A program made the position numbers and the translations under genes. 64,000 nucleotides of DNA from an uncultured delta proteobacterium (lineage in GTDB: Bacteria; Desulfobacterota; Binatia; HRBIN30; BPIQ01), in the NCBI GenBank assembly GCA_963761335.1, contig CAVXGR010000016.1:224001-288000 (forward strand), read 5' to 3'. The notes below the pieces were generated by a model that worked only from the letters and a program-made list of their open reading frames with translations, did no database searches and was not told where the DNA came from. Positions 8,987-18,887 of this stretch are shown here, in pieces. The number at the start of each line of letters is the position of its first letter. The stretch's first letter is position 1.

Positions 8987-9982
8987 ATGAAGAAGGGGGC
9001 CGGCAATCGAGCCACACTGCTACAGATCATCCGGCGATTCGCCACTGGGCGGGTCCTCGTGGTCGGCGACGTGATGCTCGATCAGTTCATCTGGGGTCGC
9101 GTCGAGCGCATCTCGCCGGAGGCGCCGGTGCCGGTGGTGCACGTCACCGGAGAGAGCTTTCACCTCGGCGGGGCCGCCAACGTGGCTCACAACATTCGCG
9201 CCCTGGGCGGCCGCTCCGCCGTCTGCGGCACCGTCGGCCGCGACGAGGCGGGCCGCCGCATCCTCGCCGATCTGAAGCGCATCGGCGCCGGCACCACCGG
9301 CATGGTCACCTCGACGAACGCGCCCACGGCGCGCAAGACGCGAGTGATTGCCCACAATCAGCAGGTGGTGCGCATCGATCGCGAGCGCACCGACGGGAGC
9401 ATCTCGGCGCGCTCCCGTCTGGTGCGCTACCTCGAGCGGCACGTCACCGGCTTCGACGCGGTGGTGGTCTCCGATTACGGCAAGGGGGTGATCACCGAGG
9501 ATCTCCTCGCGGTCCTGCGGGCCGTGCGTGCCCGCCGGCCCTTTCGCCTGATCGTCGACCCGAAGAAGGCGAACTTCGATCACTATCGAGGCATCACCCT
9601 GGCAACGCCGAACCTCGGCGAGGCCGCCGATGCCGCCGGCATCGCCATACGCGACGCCCAGAGCCTGCGCACCGCCGGCACTCGACTGCTGGAGCGGTGG
9701 GACGCCGAGGCGGTACTGGTGACCCGTGGCGAGGAGGGCATGACGCTGTTCACCCGGCAGGGACGCGTGCGTCACCTGCCGACCACGGCGCGGCAGGTGT
9801 TCGACGTCACCGGTGCCGGCGACACCGTGGTGGCCACCTGTGCCCTGGGTCTCGCCGCCGGCGCCGGGCTCGACGAAGCGGCGCTGCTGGCCAACTATGC
9901 CGCCGGCGTCGTGGTGGGCAAGGTGGGTACGGCGGCGGTGTCGGCACGCGAGCTCCGCGAGGAGATCGGCCGCACCCGCTGA
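8987..9982 (+). CDS. rfaE1: D-glycero-beta-D-manno-heptose-7-phosphate kinase
   Basis: VGDVMLD, RISPEAPVPVV, GGAANVA, SDYGKG, DVTGAGDT. Confidence 0.92.
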   Translation: MKKGAGNRATLLQIIRRFATGRVLVVGDVMLDQFIWGRVERISPEAPVPVVHVTGESFHLGGAANVAHNIRALGGRSAVCGTVGRDEAGRRILADLKRIGAGTTGMVTSTNAPTARKTRVIAHNQQVVRIDRERTDGSISARSRLVRYLERHVTGFDAVVVSDYGKGVITEDLLAVLRAVRARRPFRLIVDPKKANFDHYRGITLATPNLGEAADAAGIAIRDAQSLRTAGTRLLERWDAEAVLVTRGEEGMTLFTRQGRVRHLPTTARQVFDVTGAGDTVVATCALGLAAGAGLDEAALLANYAAGVVVGKVGTAAVSARELREEIGRTR

Positions 9983-10022
9983 GCGCGGGGCCGGCGGGGC
10001 AGAGAGACGCAAGGGGGCATCG

Positions 10023-10901
10023 ATGCGCAGCATGACCGGATACGGACAGGCGGCCTGGCAGCGGGGCGGACGGGCGATCACCGTCGAGATCCGCGCCGTC
10101 AACCAGAGATTTCTCGAGGTGCGGCTCAACATGCCGCGCGAGTACCTGGCATGGGAGAGCGAGCTGCGCGGTCTGGTGCAGGAGCAGGTGGCCCGCGGCA
10201 AGGTCGACGTCTCCATCAATCGCGGCCGCGGCGGCGCCGAGCCAGCCCAGGTCGAGGCCAACGTCGAGCTGGCGCGCGCCTATCTCGCGGGCTGGCAGAA
10301 GCTGCAGAAGGCGCTCAAGCTGCCGGGCACGATCGATCTGGCGCTGCTGCAGAGCCGCGCTCCGGATCTGGTGCGGGTCACCGAGCGGCGCCTCGATGCC
10401 GGCGCCGAGATCGACCCGCTGCGGCAGACTCTGCGGCGCGCCCTCGAGAGCTTCAACCGCGAGCGGCTGCGCGAAGGGCGCGCCCTTGCCCGTGACATGC
10501 TGGCGCGGGTGCGCCACTTGCGCCAGCTGGAGGGACAGCTCTCGCGCCGCGCCGAGGTGCTGACCCCGCAGTTTGCCGCTCGCCTGCGCGAGCGCCTCGG
10601 CAACCTGATGAGCGGCAGCGGCATCAGCGAGGAGCGGCTCGCCCAGGAAGCGGCGGTGCTTGCCGACCGCAGCGACGTCACCGAGGAGCTGGTGCGCCTG
10701 CGCAGCCATCTGGAGGCGCTCGGCACCCTGCTGCGCGGCGGCGAGCCGGCGGGGAAGAAGCTCGACTTCCTGCTCCAGGAGGTGCATCGCGAGGTCAATA
10801 CCATCGCCTCGAAGAGCGCCGATCTGGCGGTGACCAACCTGACCGTGGAAGCCCGCGCCGAGATCGAGCGGCTGCGCGAGCAGGCGCAGAACATCGAGTG
10901 A
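10023..10901 (+). CDS. yicC: YicC/YloC-family endoribonuclease
   Basis: MRSMTGYG, DVTEELVRL, GKKLDFLLQEVHREVNTIASK, REQAQNIE. Confidence 0.93.
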   Translation: MRSMTGYGQAAWQRGGRAITVEIRAVNQRFLEVRLNMPREYLAWESELRGLVQEQVARGKVDVSINRGRGGAEPAQVEANVELARAYLAGWQKLQKALKLPGTIDLALLQSRAPDLVRVTERRLDAGAEIDPLRQTLRRALESFNRERLREGRALARDMLARVRHLRQLEGQLSRRAEVLTPQFAARLRERLGNLMSGSGISEERLAQEAAVLADRSDVTEELVRLRSHLEALGTLLRGGEPAGKKLDFLLQEVHREVNTIASKSADLAVTNLTVEARAEIERLREQAQNIE

Positions 10902-12292
10902 CCTCCGAGCGCCGGGAGATCGCCCTCTCGCCGCGCGCCATCGCCACCCTGGCGTGGTTTCTCTACGCTGCCATCTGCGCCGCCTCCTGGGTGAAGGGCG
11001 ATGCCGCCAGCAACGACTTCGAGCGCCTCGGCGACCTCCGCCTGACGGCCGTCTTCTTCACCCTCTTCGCCGGGTTGGCGGCTCTCTACATCGCTCTGGA
11101 GGAGTCGCCGGAGGTGCCGTCCTGGCGCCGGCTCGGCGCCGTCGCGGCGGCCTTCGCATTGCCCTTGCTGGCGACCTTCCCGATCGGCTCGCGCGACATC
11201 TTCGCCTACGTCTTCTTCGGGAAGATGTGGGCCGCTTACGGCCTCAACCCCTACCTGCACGCCCCCAGCGAGCTGTCCTCGGATCCCTGGTTTCATCTCC
11301 TTCAGGCGTGGTGGAAGGACGCCTCCATCGCCTACGGGCCGCTCTTCGCCCTCGAGTCGCGCCTTCTATACGACACCTCGGGAGATCACATCGTCGCTGC
11401 GGTGGCGGCCTTCAAGCTCTTCAACCTCGCCCTGCTGCCGCTCTCGGTCTGGGGCGTGGCGGCACTCGCCGCGGATTCTTCCCCGGCCGAGCCGGCGGCG
11501 CCACGGCGTGCGGCGCTGCTGTGGGCCTGGTCGCCGCTGCTGCTCTTCGAGTCGCTCGCCTGCGGCCACAACGATCTGGCGATGACCGTGCTGCTCCTCG
11601 GCGCCGTGCTCCTCTGGCTGCGCGATCACTGGATCGGTAGCTGGGTCCTGCTGGCCCTCTCCTTCTGGTACAAGATGTACAGCGTCGTCCTGCTGCCGCT
11701 CTGGCTCTTCTGGACGATTCGGCGGGGTGGCTGGCGGGTGACGCTGAGCTGGGTTGCCGCGGGCGCGGCGGTGTGCACGGCCGTATCGGCGGTATTGCTC
11801 GGCCCATTCTACGGACATCTGAGCGAGATGCTCGTCCGCGCCGTACATCATCCGGTCGGCGGCCTTCTCTTGCCGACCGAGCTGCCGCCGCCGCTCTGGC
11901 CGCTGTTCCGCGTCTTCGAGGCCGCCGGCCTGCTCGCTTCCTCCGGAGGACGAGCCGCCTTCGGCGCCGTGCGTATCGGGCTGTTCGCAGCGGGCCTTGC
12001 AGGTCTCATGTGGCGGCGACGCGACTGCCCGTATGGACCAAGGGCATTCGTCGAGGATATGGCCTGGAGCCTGGCCCTCTTCTTCAGCTTCGGCGTCGCC
12101 GTCCTCTATCCGTGGCATCTGCTGCCGCTCTGCGCCTTCGCGGTGGCCAGCGCCCGGCATTCCCTCGAGCGCACTGCCGCGCTGGTGACGGCGCTCGGCC
12201 TGCTCAGCTACTTTCTCACCTTCCTCTGGGCGGCGATCCTGTGCGCCGCCATCGGCGTCGCTCTCGTCGCCATGCGCTACAGGGGGCGGTGA
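10898..12292 (+). CDS. polytopic GT-C membrane glycosyltransferase (MptA/MptB/GT87-like)
   Basis: Many hydrophobic helices; SRDIFAY, GLNPY, YGPL, WSPLL, GHND motifs. Confidence 0.7.
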   Translation: MTSERREIALSPRAIATLAWFLYAAICAASWVKGDAASNDFERLGDLRLTAVFFTLFAGLAALYIALEESPEVPSWRRLGAVAAAFALPLLATFPIGSRDIFAYVFFGKMWAAYGLNPYLHAPSELSSDPWFHLLQAWWKDASIAYGPLFALESRLLYDTSGDHIVAAVAAFKLFNLALLPLSVWGVAALAADSSPAEPAAPRRAALLWAWSPLLLFESLACGHNDLAMTVLLLGAVLLWLRDHWIGSWVLLALSFWYKMYSVVLLPLWLFWTIRRGGWRVTLSWVAAGAAVCTAVSAVLLGPFYGHLSEMLVRAVHHPVGGLLLPTELPPPLWPLFRVFEAAGLLASSGGRAAFGAVRIGLFAAGLAGLMWRRRDCPYGPRAFVEDMAWSLALFFSFGVAVLYPWHLLPLCAFAVASARHSLERTAALVTALGLLSYFLTFLWAAILCAAIGVALVAMRYRGR

Positions 12293-12407
12293 AGAAGCCT
12301 CAGTTGCCAGGGGAGCCGCGCTCCCCGGCGAGTCGTGTCCTGAATTCCCCCGACGCCGGATGTTGACGAGGGCGATTGGCTGTCTTCCGGTCGATGCGGG
12401 CGTGGTC

Positions 12408-12492
12408 GGGGGTGAGGGTGCCGATCTCCTTGAACGCCGCGAAGATCCACCAGCCTTGTTCCTCTCCCGCAGGCAATGCGGGAGAGGAGACC
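12408..12492. repeat. partial copy of the family D palindromic element
   Basis: GGGTGAGGGTGCCGATCT and CCTCTCCCGCAGGCAATGCGGGAGAGG shared with 46250-46400 and 51837-51980. Confidence 0.7.
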
Positions 12493-12590
12493 CGGAGTGC
12501 GGCGCCGGAAGAAGTCGCAGACGTCGAATTGGGACACTACCCCCCGGGGCGACGGCGTTGTCCCCTTTGCCGGGTCGTGATTATTATACG

Positions 12591-13145
12591 ATGGTGTTGA
12601 TCACGATTTCCGGCACTCCGGGCAGTGGCAAGACCACCGTGGCGCGCCTTTTGGCCAAGCGCCTCGCCCTGCCGCACATCTACGCCGGCGACCTCTTCCG
12701 CCGCGAGGCGGAGAGGCGCAGGCTGTCCCTCGCCGACTTCAACGCCCTGGCGGAGAGCGATCACTCCATCGACCGCGATCTGGACGCCAGGATGGCCGCC
12801 TACGCCCGTGAAGGCAGCAGCGTGCTCGAGGGGCGGCTGGCCGGATACATCGCGCGCCAGGAAGGAGTCCCGGCGCTCAAGGTATGGCTGCACGCCGACG
12901 ACGCCGTGCGCGCCCGCCGGGTCGCCGACCGCGAAGGCAGCGACTGGCGCGCCGTGCTCGAAGACAACCGCGTGCGGCAGCGGTCGGACGCCAAGAGGTA
13001 TCTCGAGATCTACAGCTGGGATCTGGAGGACACCTCGATCTATGACGTGGTCCTCGAGACCGACGCCTCCTCCCCCGAGGAGATCGCCGAGCATATCCTC
13101 AAACGCCTCGCCATGGACTCCCCCGGCAGAGGAGAGCGCCCGTGA
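12591..13145 (+). CDS. archaeal-type (d)CMP kinase-family nucleoside monophosphate kinase
   Basis: ITISGTPGSGKTT P-loop, AGDLFR, IDRDLD, LEGRLAG, RYLEIY, SIYD. Confidence 0.8.
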   Translation: MVLITISGTPGSGKTTVARLLAKRLALPHIYAGDLFRREAERRRLSLADFNALAESDHSIDRDLDARMAAYAREGSSVLEGRLAGYIARQEGVPALKVWLHADDAVRARRVADREGSDWRAVLEDNRVRQRSDAKRYLEIYSWDLEDTSIYDVVLETDASSPEEIAEHILKRLAMDSPGRGERP

Positions 13146-15286
13146 AGGTCGGCGAGCTGGTGGAGAAGGTCCGCCAGTACAACAGTGGCGCCGACCTCGA
13201 GCTCATTCGCCGCGCCTATGCCTTTTCGGCGGAGGTGCACAAGGGCCAGAAACGCCGCTCCGGAGAGCCCTACCTGACGCATCCCGTGCAGGTGGCGGCG
13301 ATCATCGCCGATCTGAAGCTCGACGTCTCCAGCATCGCCACCGGCCTGTTGCACGACACCGTCGAGGATACCCTGACCACGGTTGACCAGGTGCAGGGCC
13401 TCTTCGGTCGCGAGATCGCCGAGCTGGTGGACGGGGTCACCAAGATCAGCCAGATCAACTTCACCAGCCGCGAGGAGAAGCAGGCGGAGAACTTCCGCAA
13501 GATGATCCTGGCGATGGCCCGCGACATCCGCGTCATCCTCATCAAGCTCGCCGACCGCACCCACAACATGCGCACCCTGGCGCATCTGTCGCCGGAGCGC
13601 CAGCACGACATCGCCCAGGAGACGCTCGACATCTACGCGCCGCTGGCGCACCGGTTGGGCATCTACTGGATCAAGAGCGAGCTCGAGGACAATGCCCTGC
13701 GCTTCCTGCGCCCGGAGGTGTACTACCAGCTGAAGCGCAACGTCGCCAAGAAGCGCACCGAGCGCGAGCGCTACATCAAGGAGGTCAGCGACATCCTCTC
13801 GAAGAAGATGGCCGCCGCCGAGATCGATGCCGAGATCTCCGGCCGGCCGAAGCACTTCTACTCCATCTACAAGAAGATGCAGTCGCAGAACGTGCTCTTC
13901 GACCAGATCTACGATCTGGTGGCCTTCCGCATCGTCGTCGACTCGGTGCGCGAGTGCTACGAGGCCCTCGGCGTGGTGCACGCCAACTGGAAGCCGATCC
14001 CCTCGCGCTTCAAGGACTTCATCGCGTTGCCCAAGGCGAACATGTACCAGTCGCTGCACACCACCGTGATCGGTCCTTACGGCGAGCGCATGGAGGTGCA
14101 GATCCGCACCCACGAGATGCACCGCGTGGCCGAGGAGGGCATCGCCGCCCACTGGCGCTACAAGGACGGCACGGCGGACAACGACGACACGCAGCGCTTC
14201 GCCTGGCTGCGGCAGCTGCTCGAATGGCAGCAGCACGTGCAGGACCCGCAGGAGTTCATGGGCTCGATCAAGGAGGACCTGTTCAGCGACGAGGTCTTCG
14301 TGTTCACGCCCAAGGGGGACCTGCTGAACTTCCCGGACGGCGCCAGCGTGGTCGACTTCGCCTATCGCATTCACTCCGAGGTGGGGCATCACTGCGCCGG
14401 CGCGCGGGTCAACGGGCGCCTGGTGCCCTTCCGTTACCGCCTGCGCAACGGCGACACGGTGGAGATCGTCACCACCGCCAGCCAGACGCCCAGCAAGGAC
14501 TGGTTGAAGTTCGTCAAGACCTCGCGGGCCAAGTCGCGCATCCGCAACTGGATCAAGTTCCAGCAGCACACGCGCAGTCTGGCGCTCGGCCGCGAGCTGC
14601 TCGAGCGCGACCTCGGGCGCCACGAGCTCAGCTTGGCGAAGCTGCGCAAGCACCAGCAGATGCACTCGCTGCTGGCGGCTCTCGCGATGCGCGACGAGGA
14701 CTCGCTGCTGGCGGCGGTCGGCTACGGCAGGATCACCACCCGGCAGGTGCTGGCGCGGCTGCTGCCCGCCGAGCAGCTCGACGACGGCCGGGCGCGCGAG
14801 GAGGGCGCCCTGCGCCGCCTCTTCCGCATGGTGTCGCGGCAGAACAAGGCCGGCGTTGCCGTCAGCGGCGTGGGCGACATGCTGGTGCGCTTCGGCAAGT
14901 GCTGCGATCCGCTTCCCGGCGAGCGCATCCTCGGCTTCATTACCCTCGGGCGCGGCGTCACCGTGCACGCCATCGATTGCCCGCGCGTCCTCGAGAGCGA
15001 TCCACAGCGGCGCGTCGACGTCGTCTGGGAGAACGGCGCCAACCACCTGCGGCCGGTGCGCGTCGAGGTGGTGTGCATCGATGAGCCGGGGCTCCTGGCC
15101 GGTATCACCAAGGCGATCAGCTCGGTGGGCGTGAACATCACCCGCGCCGAGGTGCGCAGCATGCCCGACAAGAAGGCGGTGAACAGCTTCGAGCTGATGG
15201 TCAGCACGGCCGAGCAGCTGAACCGCGTCATGCGCGCTCTCGGCAAGGTGCGCGGCGTGATGCGGGTGGGGCGGGCGCGAAGCTGA
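13142..15286 (+). CDS. rel: bifunctional (p)ppGpp synthetase/hydrolase
   Basis: HD motif LLHDTVEDT, RFKD, YQSLHT, EVQIRT, TGS and ACT domains. Confidence 0.95.
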   Translation: MKVGELVEKVRQYNSGADLELIRRAYAFSAEVHKGQKRRSGEPYLTHPVQVAAIIADLKLDVSSIATGLLHDTVEDTLTTVDQVQGLFGREIAELVDGVTKISQINFTSREEKQAENFRKMILAMARDIRVILIKLADRTHNMRTLAHLSPERQHDIAQETLDIYAPLAHRLGIYWIKSELEDNALRFLRPEVYYQLKRNVAKKRTERERYIKEVSDILSKKMAAAEIDAEISGRPKHFYSIYKKMQSQNVLFDQIYDLVAFRIVVDSVRECYEALGVVHANWKPIPSRFKDFIALPKANMYQSLHTTVIGPYGERMEVQIRTHEMHRVAEEGIAAHWRYKDGTADNDDTQRFAWLRQLLEWQQHVQDPQEFMGSIKEDLFSDEVFVFTPKGDLLNFPDGASVVDFAYRIHSEVGHHCAGARVNGRLVPFRYRLRNGDTVEIVTTASQTPSKDWLKFVKTSRAKSRIRNWIKFQQHTRSLALGRELLERDLGRHELSLAKLRKHQQMHSLLAALAMRDEDSLLAAVGYGRITTRQVLARLLPAEQLDDGRAREEGALRRLFRMVSRQNKAGVAVSGVGDMLVRFGKCCDPLPGERILGFITLGRGVTVHAIDCPRVLESDPQRRVDVVWENGANHLRPVRVEVVCIDEPGLLAGITKAISSVGVNITRAEVRSMPDKKAVNSFELMVSTAEQLNRVMRALGKVRGVMRVGRARS

Positions 15287-15301
15287 TCAACGGGGGGAGC
15301 G

Positions 15302-15688
15302 ATGAAGCGAGCCGTTCACAGCACCGCGGCGCCCAAGGCGATCGGCCCCTATGCACAGGCGGTGGCCAGCGGCGATCTTCTGTTTCTCTCCGGACAGATC
15401 GGGCTCGACGCCGCCGGTGCGCTGGTCCCCGGCGGCGTCGAGCCGCAGGCGCGGCAGGTGCTCGACAACCTGCGCGCCGTGCTCGAGGCCGAGGGGCTCG
15501 ACCTCGATGCGGTGGTGAAGACGACCATCTACCTCGCCGATCTCGCCGACTTTCCCGCCGTCAACGACGTCTACGCCTCGTACTTCTCGGAGCCGTACCC
15601 GGCCCGCGCTACGGTCGGCGTCGCCGCTTTGCCGCGCGCCGCCCGCATCGAGATTGACGCCATCGCCGTGCGCTCGCCGCGCCGGTGA
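15302..15688 (+). CDS. ridA: RidA-family enamine deaminase
   Basis: APKAIGPY, SGQI, PARATV, IEIDAIA. Confidence 0.9.
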   Translation: MKRAVHSTAAPKAIGPYAQAVASGDLLFLSGQIGLDAAGALVPGGVEPQARQVLDNLRAVLEAEGLDLDAVVKTTIYLADLADFPAVNDVYASYFSEPYPARATVGVAALPRAARIEIDAIAVRSPRR

Positions 15689-15713
15689 GGCCCGCTGGCC
15701 CCCGGGGGTTGAA

Positions 15714-15774
15714 GAGGCCGTCTCAAAACCCCTTCAAGACGATTCCCGCCGGCTCGCGGCCCGAGTAGAAGCGG
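15714..15774. mobile_element. truncated family B MITE end
   Basis: GAGGCCGTCTCAAAACCC...CCGCCGGCTCGCGG...GTAGAAGCGG matches the reverse complement of 7600-7659. Confidence 0.6.
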
Positions 15775-15803
15775 TTGCCCCACTCGGTCGGGCGTGATAG
15801 CAA
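15775..15803 (+). promoter_or_regulatory. putative rpmB promoter
   Basis: TTGCCC, 17-bp spacer, TAGCAA preceded by TG. Confidence 0.4.
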
Positions 15804-15827
15804 TCAACGTTTCCGAGGAGATTTTCG

Positions 15828-16019
15828 ATGGCTCGCATGTGTCAGCTCTGTGGCAAACAGGCATCGGTAGGTAACAACGTCAGTCACGCCAACAACCGCA
15901 GCAAACGGTTGTGGCGCCCGAACCTGCAGCGCGTCCGCGCTAAAGTCGAGGGCTCAGTGAGGCGCATCTGGGCCTGTACCCGCTGCATCCGCTCGGGCAA
16001 GGTCCTCAAGGCCGCCTGA
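15828..16019 (+). CDS. rpmB: 50S ribosomal protein L28 (Cys-containing form)
   Basis: CQLCGK, GNNVSHA, PNLQ, CTRC. Confidence 0.96.
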   Translation: MARMCQLCGKQASVGNNVSHANNRSKRLWRPNLQRVRAKVEGSVRRIWACTRCIRSGKVLKAA

Positions 16020-16103
16020 GTCCCACGCCGGTCAGCCCTGGCCGATCGGCCCGGCCGCGTAGCCGCGGCCCTTCTGCTTCTCCGCCGCCACGGGAGGATC
16101 GAA

Positions 16104-16709
16104 ATGGGTTCGCAGACGGCAGCTTCCACCCTGGAGCAGTATCTCAAGAACGAGGCGGCGCCCCGCTTCAGCCAGCTGGTCGACGAGGCCGAGCGCAAGG
16201 TGGCGGCTGCGGTACAAGACCTCGAGGATCTGCGCGGTGCCGTGGGAACCGCCTGCTGGATGGTCGCCGAGGAGGCGCCCGTCTATCTCAATATCGCCGA
16301 CGGGAGGATTGCCGTGGACGCCGCCCCGTCCCACGAGCCCTTCATGACCGTGCAGATGAGTGCGGCCGACTGGGAGCGCTTCTCCGCCGGTGCGGGCGGC
16401 GGCTTCCTCAACGACCGCAGCGGCCAGCGCCGCTTCGGCCGCAGCCGCATCGAGCGCCTGCGGGGGGTTCGCGGCACCGTGCGCTTCGTCTTCACCGGCC
16501 TTGCCGACGGCGCCGACTGGACCTGCGACGTCGCCTTCAACGACCGGCCAGCGGTGGCGCCGAACGCGACCGTCACCGTGCCCGCCGATACCATCGCCCA
16601 GATCCAGGGCGGGCAGCTCGAGCCGCAGCTTGCCTTCATGCAGGGTCGTATCAAGCTCAGCGGTGATGCCGGATTGGTGATGCAGCTGGGCATGGCGATG
16701 TTCATGTAG
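16104..16709 (+). CDS. SCP2 sterol/lipid-binding domain protein
   Basis: C-terminal [15 protein letters not shown]2 motif; a second SCP2-like segment N-terminal. Confidence 0.7.
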   Translation: MGSQTAASTLEQYLKNEAAPRFSQLVDEAERKVAAAVQDLEDLRGAVGTACWMVAEEAPVYLNIADGRIAVDAAPSHEPFMTVQMSAADWERFSAGAGGGFLNDRSGQRRFGRSRIERLRGVRGTVRFVFTGLADGADWTCDVAFNDRPAVAPNATVTVPADTIAQIQGGQLEPQLAFMQGRIKLSGDAGLVMQLGMAMFM

Positions 16710-16756
16710 ATGGTTGTCGAGTTCATGGGTTTTCGGGTTCTCGGGTTTGTGACTCG

Positions 16757-17263
16757 GTGAAGAGAGAGCGACGGGGCGGGGGGCGGCGGCGGCAGAAGGT
16801 GCTGGGTCGTGCGGCCTTGAAGCGGAGGCTCAACGAGCTGCGCCGCGAGGGCGCGCATATCGTCTTCACCAACGGTTGCTTCGATCTCCTGCACCCGGGA
16901 CACGTGCGCTATCTCCAAGCTGCTCGGGCGCTCGGCGACGTCCTGGTCGTCGGCGTCAACAGCGATCGCTCGGTGCGCGAGATCAAGGGGGCGTCGCGGC
17001 CGCTGGTCCCGGAAGCGGATCGCGCCGAGGTGGTCGCCGCCCTCGATGCGGTGGACTACGTCACCGTCTTCGACGAGCCGACGCCCCACCAGCTCATCCG
17101 CACTCTCGAGCCCGACGTTCTCGTCAAGGGCGGCGACTGGTCGCCGGAGCGCATCGTCGGCGCCGACCTGGTACGGGCCCGGGGCGGGACCGTGCGCTCA
17201 CTGCGCTTTGCTCCCGGATACTCGACCACGGAGCTGATCCGCCGCATCAAGGAGAAAGGGTAG
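16757..17263 (+). CDS. rfaE2: D-glycero-beta-D-manno-heptose 1-phosphate adenylyltransferase
   Basis: [28 protein letters not shown]. Confidence 0.93.
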   Translation: MKRERRGGGRRRQKVLGRAALKRRLNELRREGAHIVFTNGCFDLLHPGHVRYLQAARALGDVLVVGVNSDRSVREIKGASRPLVPEADRAEVVAALDAVDYVTVFDEPTPHQLIRTLEPDVLVKGGDWSPERIVGADLVRARGGTVRSLRFAPGYSTTELIRRIKEKG

Positions 17264-17283
17264 GCACCTGCCGGGGCGACGCA

Positions 17284-17420
17284 GAGAATGATGCAGAGAA
17301 TGTAGAATGAAAGACCGGTGACCGGTGATGAAGAACCGGTAACCCCGCGCCACCCCCGCTGTGCGGGCCGGTTTGCCGGCTCTCCATCACCGGTCACCGG
17401 TTCTCCATTTTACATTCTCT
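17284..17420. repeat. family A palindromic element (about 50-bp arms)
   Basis: GAGAATGTAGAATGAAAGACCGGTGACCGGTGATGAAGAACCGG and its inverted copy; same family at 33518-33669 and 36438-36485. Confidence 0.8.
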
Positions 17421-17495
17421 TCTTTCTTTGCTCCCCGCGACAGGTAACCCCGCGCCACCTTGAAACCCGCCCCGGCCCGGTGTTAGAAGCCGCCC

Positions 17496-18887
17496 ATGCC
17501 CGACTACCGCCGCCGGAAGGTCCGGGAGGCGATGAGTGTTTCGGTCGACGTGAACGGGGCGATGGCGGAAGTGCTGGGCGCAGCCGGCTTCGAGCGCGCC
17601 GCGCTCGACGGCCTCGCCGAGCGGGTGGCGGCCATTGCCGCCTCCCTCGAGCAGCAGCGCCTCGATGGGGCGCTCCCGTTCCTCGATCTGCCGAGCAGCC
17701 GCGAGCCGTTGAGCCAGGTGAAGAGGCTGGCGGCAGATCTGCGCGAGGAGGCAGACAACCTGGTGGTGCTCGGCATCGGCGGCTCGGCGCTGGCGGCGCG
17801 CGCCATTGCCGGATCCCTTCCCGGAGACCGGCGGGTGCTGGTCGCCGACAACATCGATCCGTGGACGTTCACCCGCCTCCTTCTCGATCTCGACCTGGAA
17901 CGCACCGTCTTCAATGTCGTCAGCAAGTCCGGAGACACCGCCGAGACCATGGCGCAGTTTCTCGTCGTCCGCGATCTCCTGCTGCACACCTTCGGCGCCG
18001 TCGACTACCAGCGCCACGTGGTGGTCACCACCGACGCCGAGGAGGGATACCTGCGACAGATCGTCAGTGACGAGGGCTTTCGCGATCTGCCGCTGCCGCC
18101 GGGAATCGCCGGCCGATTCTCGGCGCTCTCGGCCGTGGGTCTGTTGCCGGCCGCCTTCATCGGCGCGCATGCCGACGATCTGCTGGCTGGGGCGGCGTGG
18201 ATGGAGGAGCGCTGCCGCGCCGCCGATATGTGGCGCAACCCGGGCCATGCGCTCGGCGCCTTCCTCTGGCAGGCGTGCGCCGAGAGAGGCAAGTCGTGCG
18301 CCGTCTTCATGCCCTACTGCGATCGCCTCACCGGGATGGGCGGCGTCTTCGCCCAGCTGTGGGCGGAGTGTCTCGGCAAGCGCTCCGCCAGCGGCAACGC
18401 CGTTGGCCAGACGCCGATCCGCGCCGTGGGGGCCACGGACGAGTACGCGCAGATGCAGCTGTTCACCGACGGTCCCGACGACAAGATCTTCGTCCTCCTG
18501 CGCGTCGCCAACCACATGGGCGAGATGTCGGTGCCTCCCGCCTACACCGACCTCGCCGGCGTCGGCTATCTCGGCGCCAAGACCATGGGCGAGCTGCTGA
18601 ACGTGGCCGAGCAGGCCGCCGAGGTGGCGCTGGCCGGCCGCGGGCGCATGGTGCTGCGCCTCGGCGTTCCCACGGTCGACGCCTTCTCCCTCGGCCAGCT
18701 CTTCGTTCTCTTCCAACGCGCCGTGCTGGTCGCCGCGGCGCTCGCCGGGGTCGATGCCTTCGATCAGCCCGGAGTCGACGACGTCCGCCGTCTCGAGTAC
18801 GCTCTCGCCGGGCGCGCCGATCTGGCCGAGCGTCAGGCGGAGGCGCAGGAGTGGGCGTCGCGGCGTCGCCCCGAGTACGTGCTGTGA
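17496..18887 (+). CDS. glucose-6-phosphate isomerase homolog with degenerate active site
   Basis: LGIGGS, SKSGDTAET, GRFS and QLWAE are present, but DQHS reads DEYA and GVExxK reads GVDDVR. Confidence 0.85.
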   Translation: MPDYRRRKVREAMSVSVDVNGAMAEVLGAAGFERAALDGLAERVAAIAASLEQQRLDGALPFLDLPSSREPLSQVKRLAADLREEADNLVVLGIGGSALAARAIAGSLPGDRRVLVADNIDPWTFTRLLLDLDLERTVFNVVSKSGDTAETMAQFLVVRDLLLHTFGAVDYQRHVVVTTDAEEGYLRQIVSDEGFRDLPLPPGIAGRFSALSAVGLLPAAFIGAHADDLLAGAAWMEERCRAADMWRNPGHALGAFLWQACAERGKSCAVFMPYCDRLTGMGGVFAQLWAECLGKRSASGNAVGQTPIRAVGATDEYAQMQLFTDGPDDKIFVLLRVANHMGEMSVPPAYTDLAGVGYLGAKTMGELLNVAEQAAEVALAGRGRMVLRLGVPTVDAFSLGQLFVLFQRAVLVAAALAGVDAFDQPGVDDVRRLEYALAGRADLAERQAEAQEWASRRRPEYVL

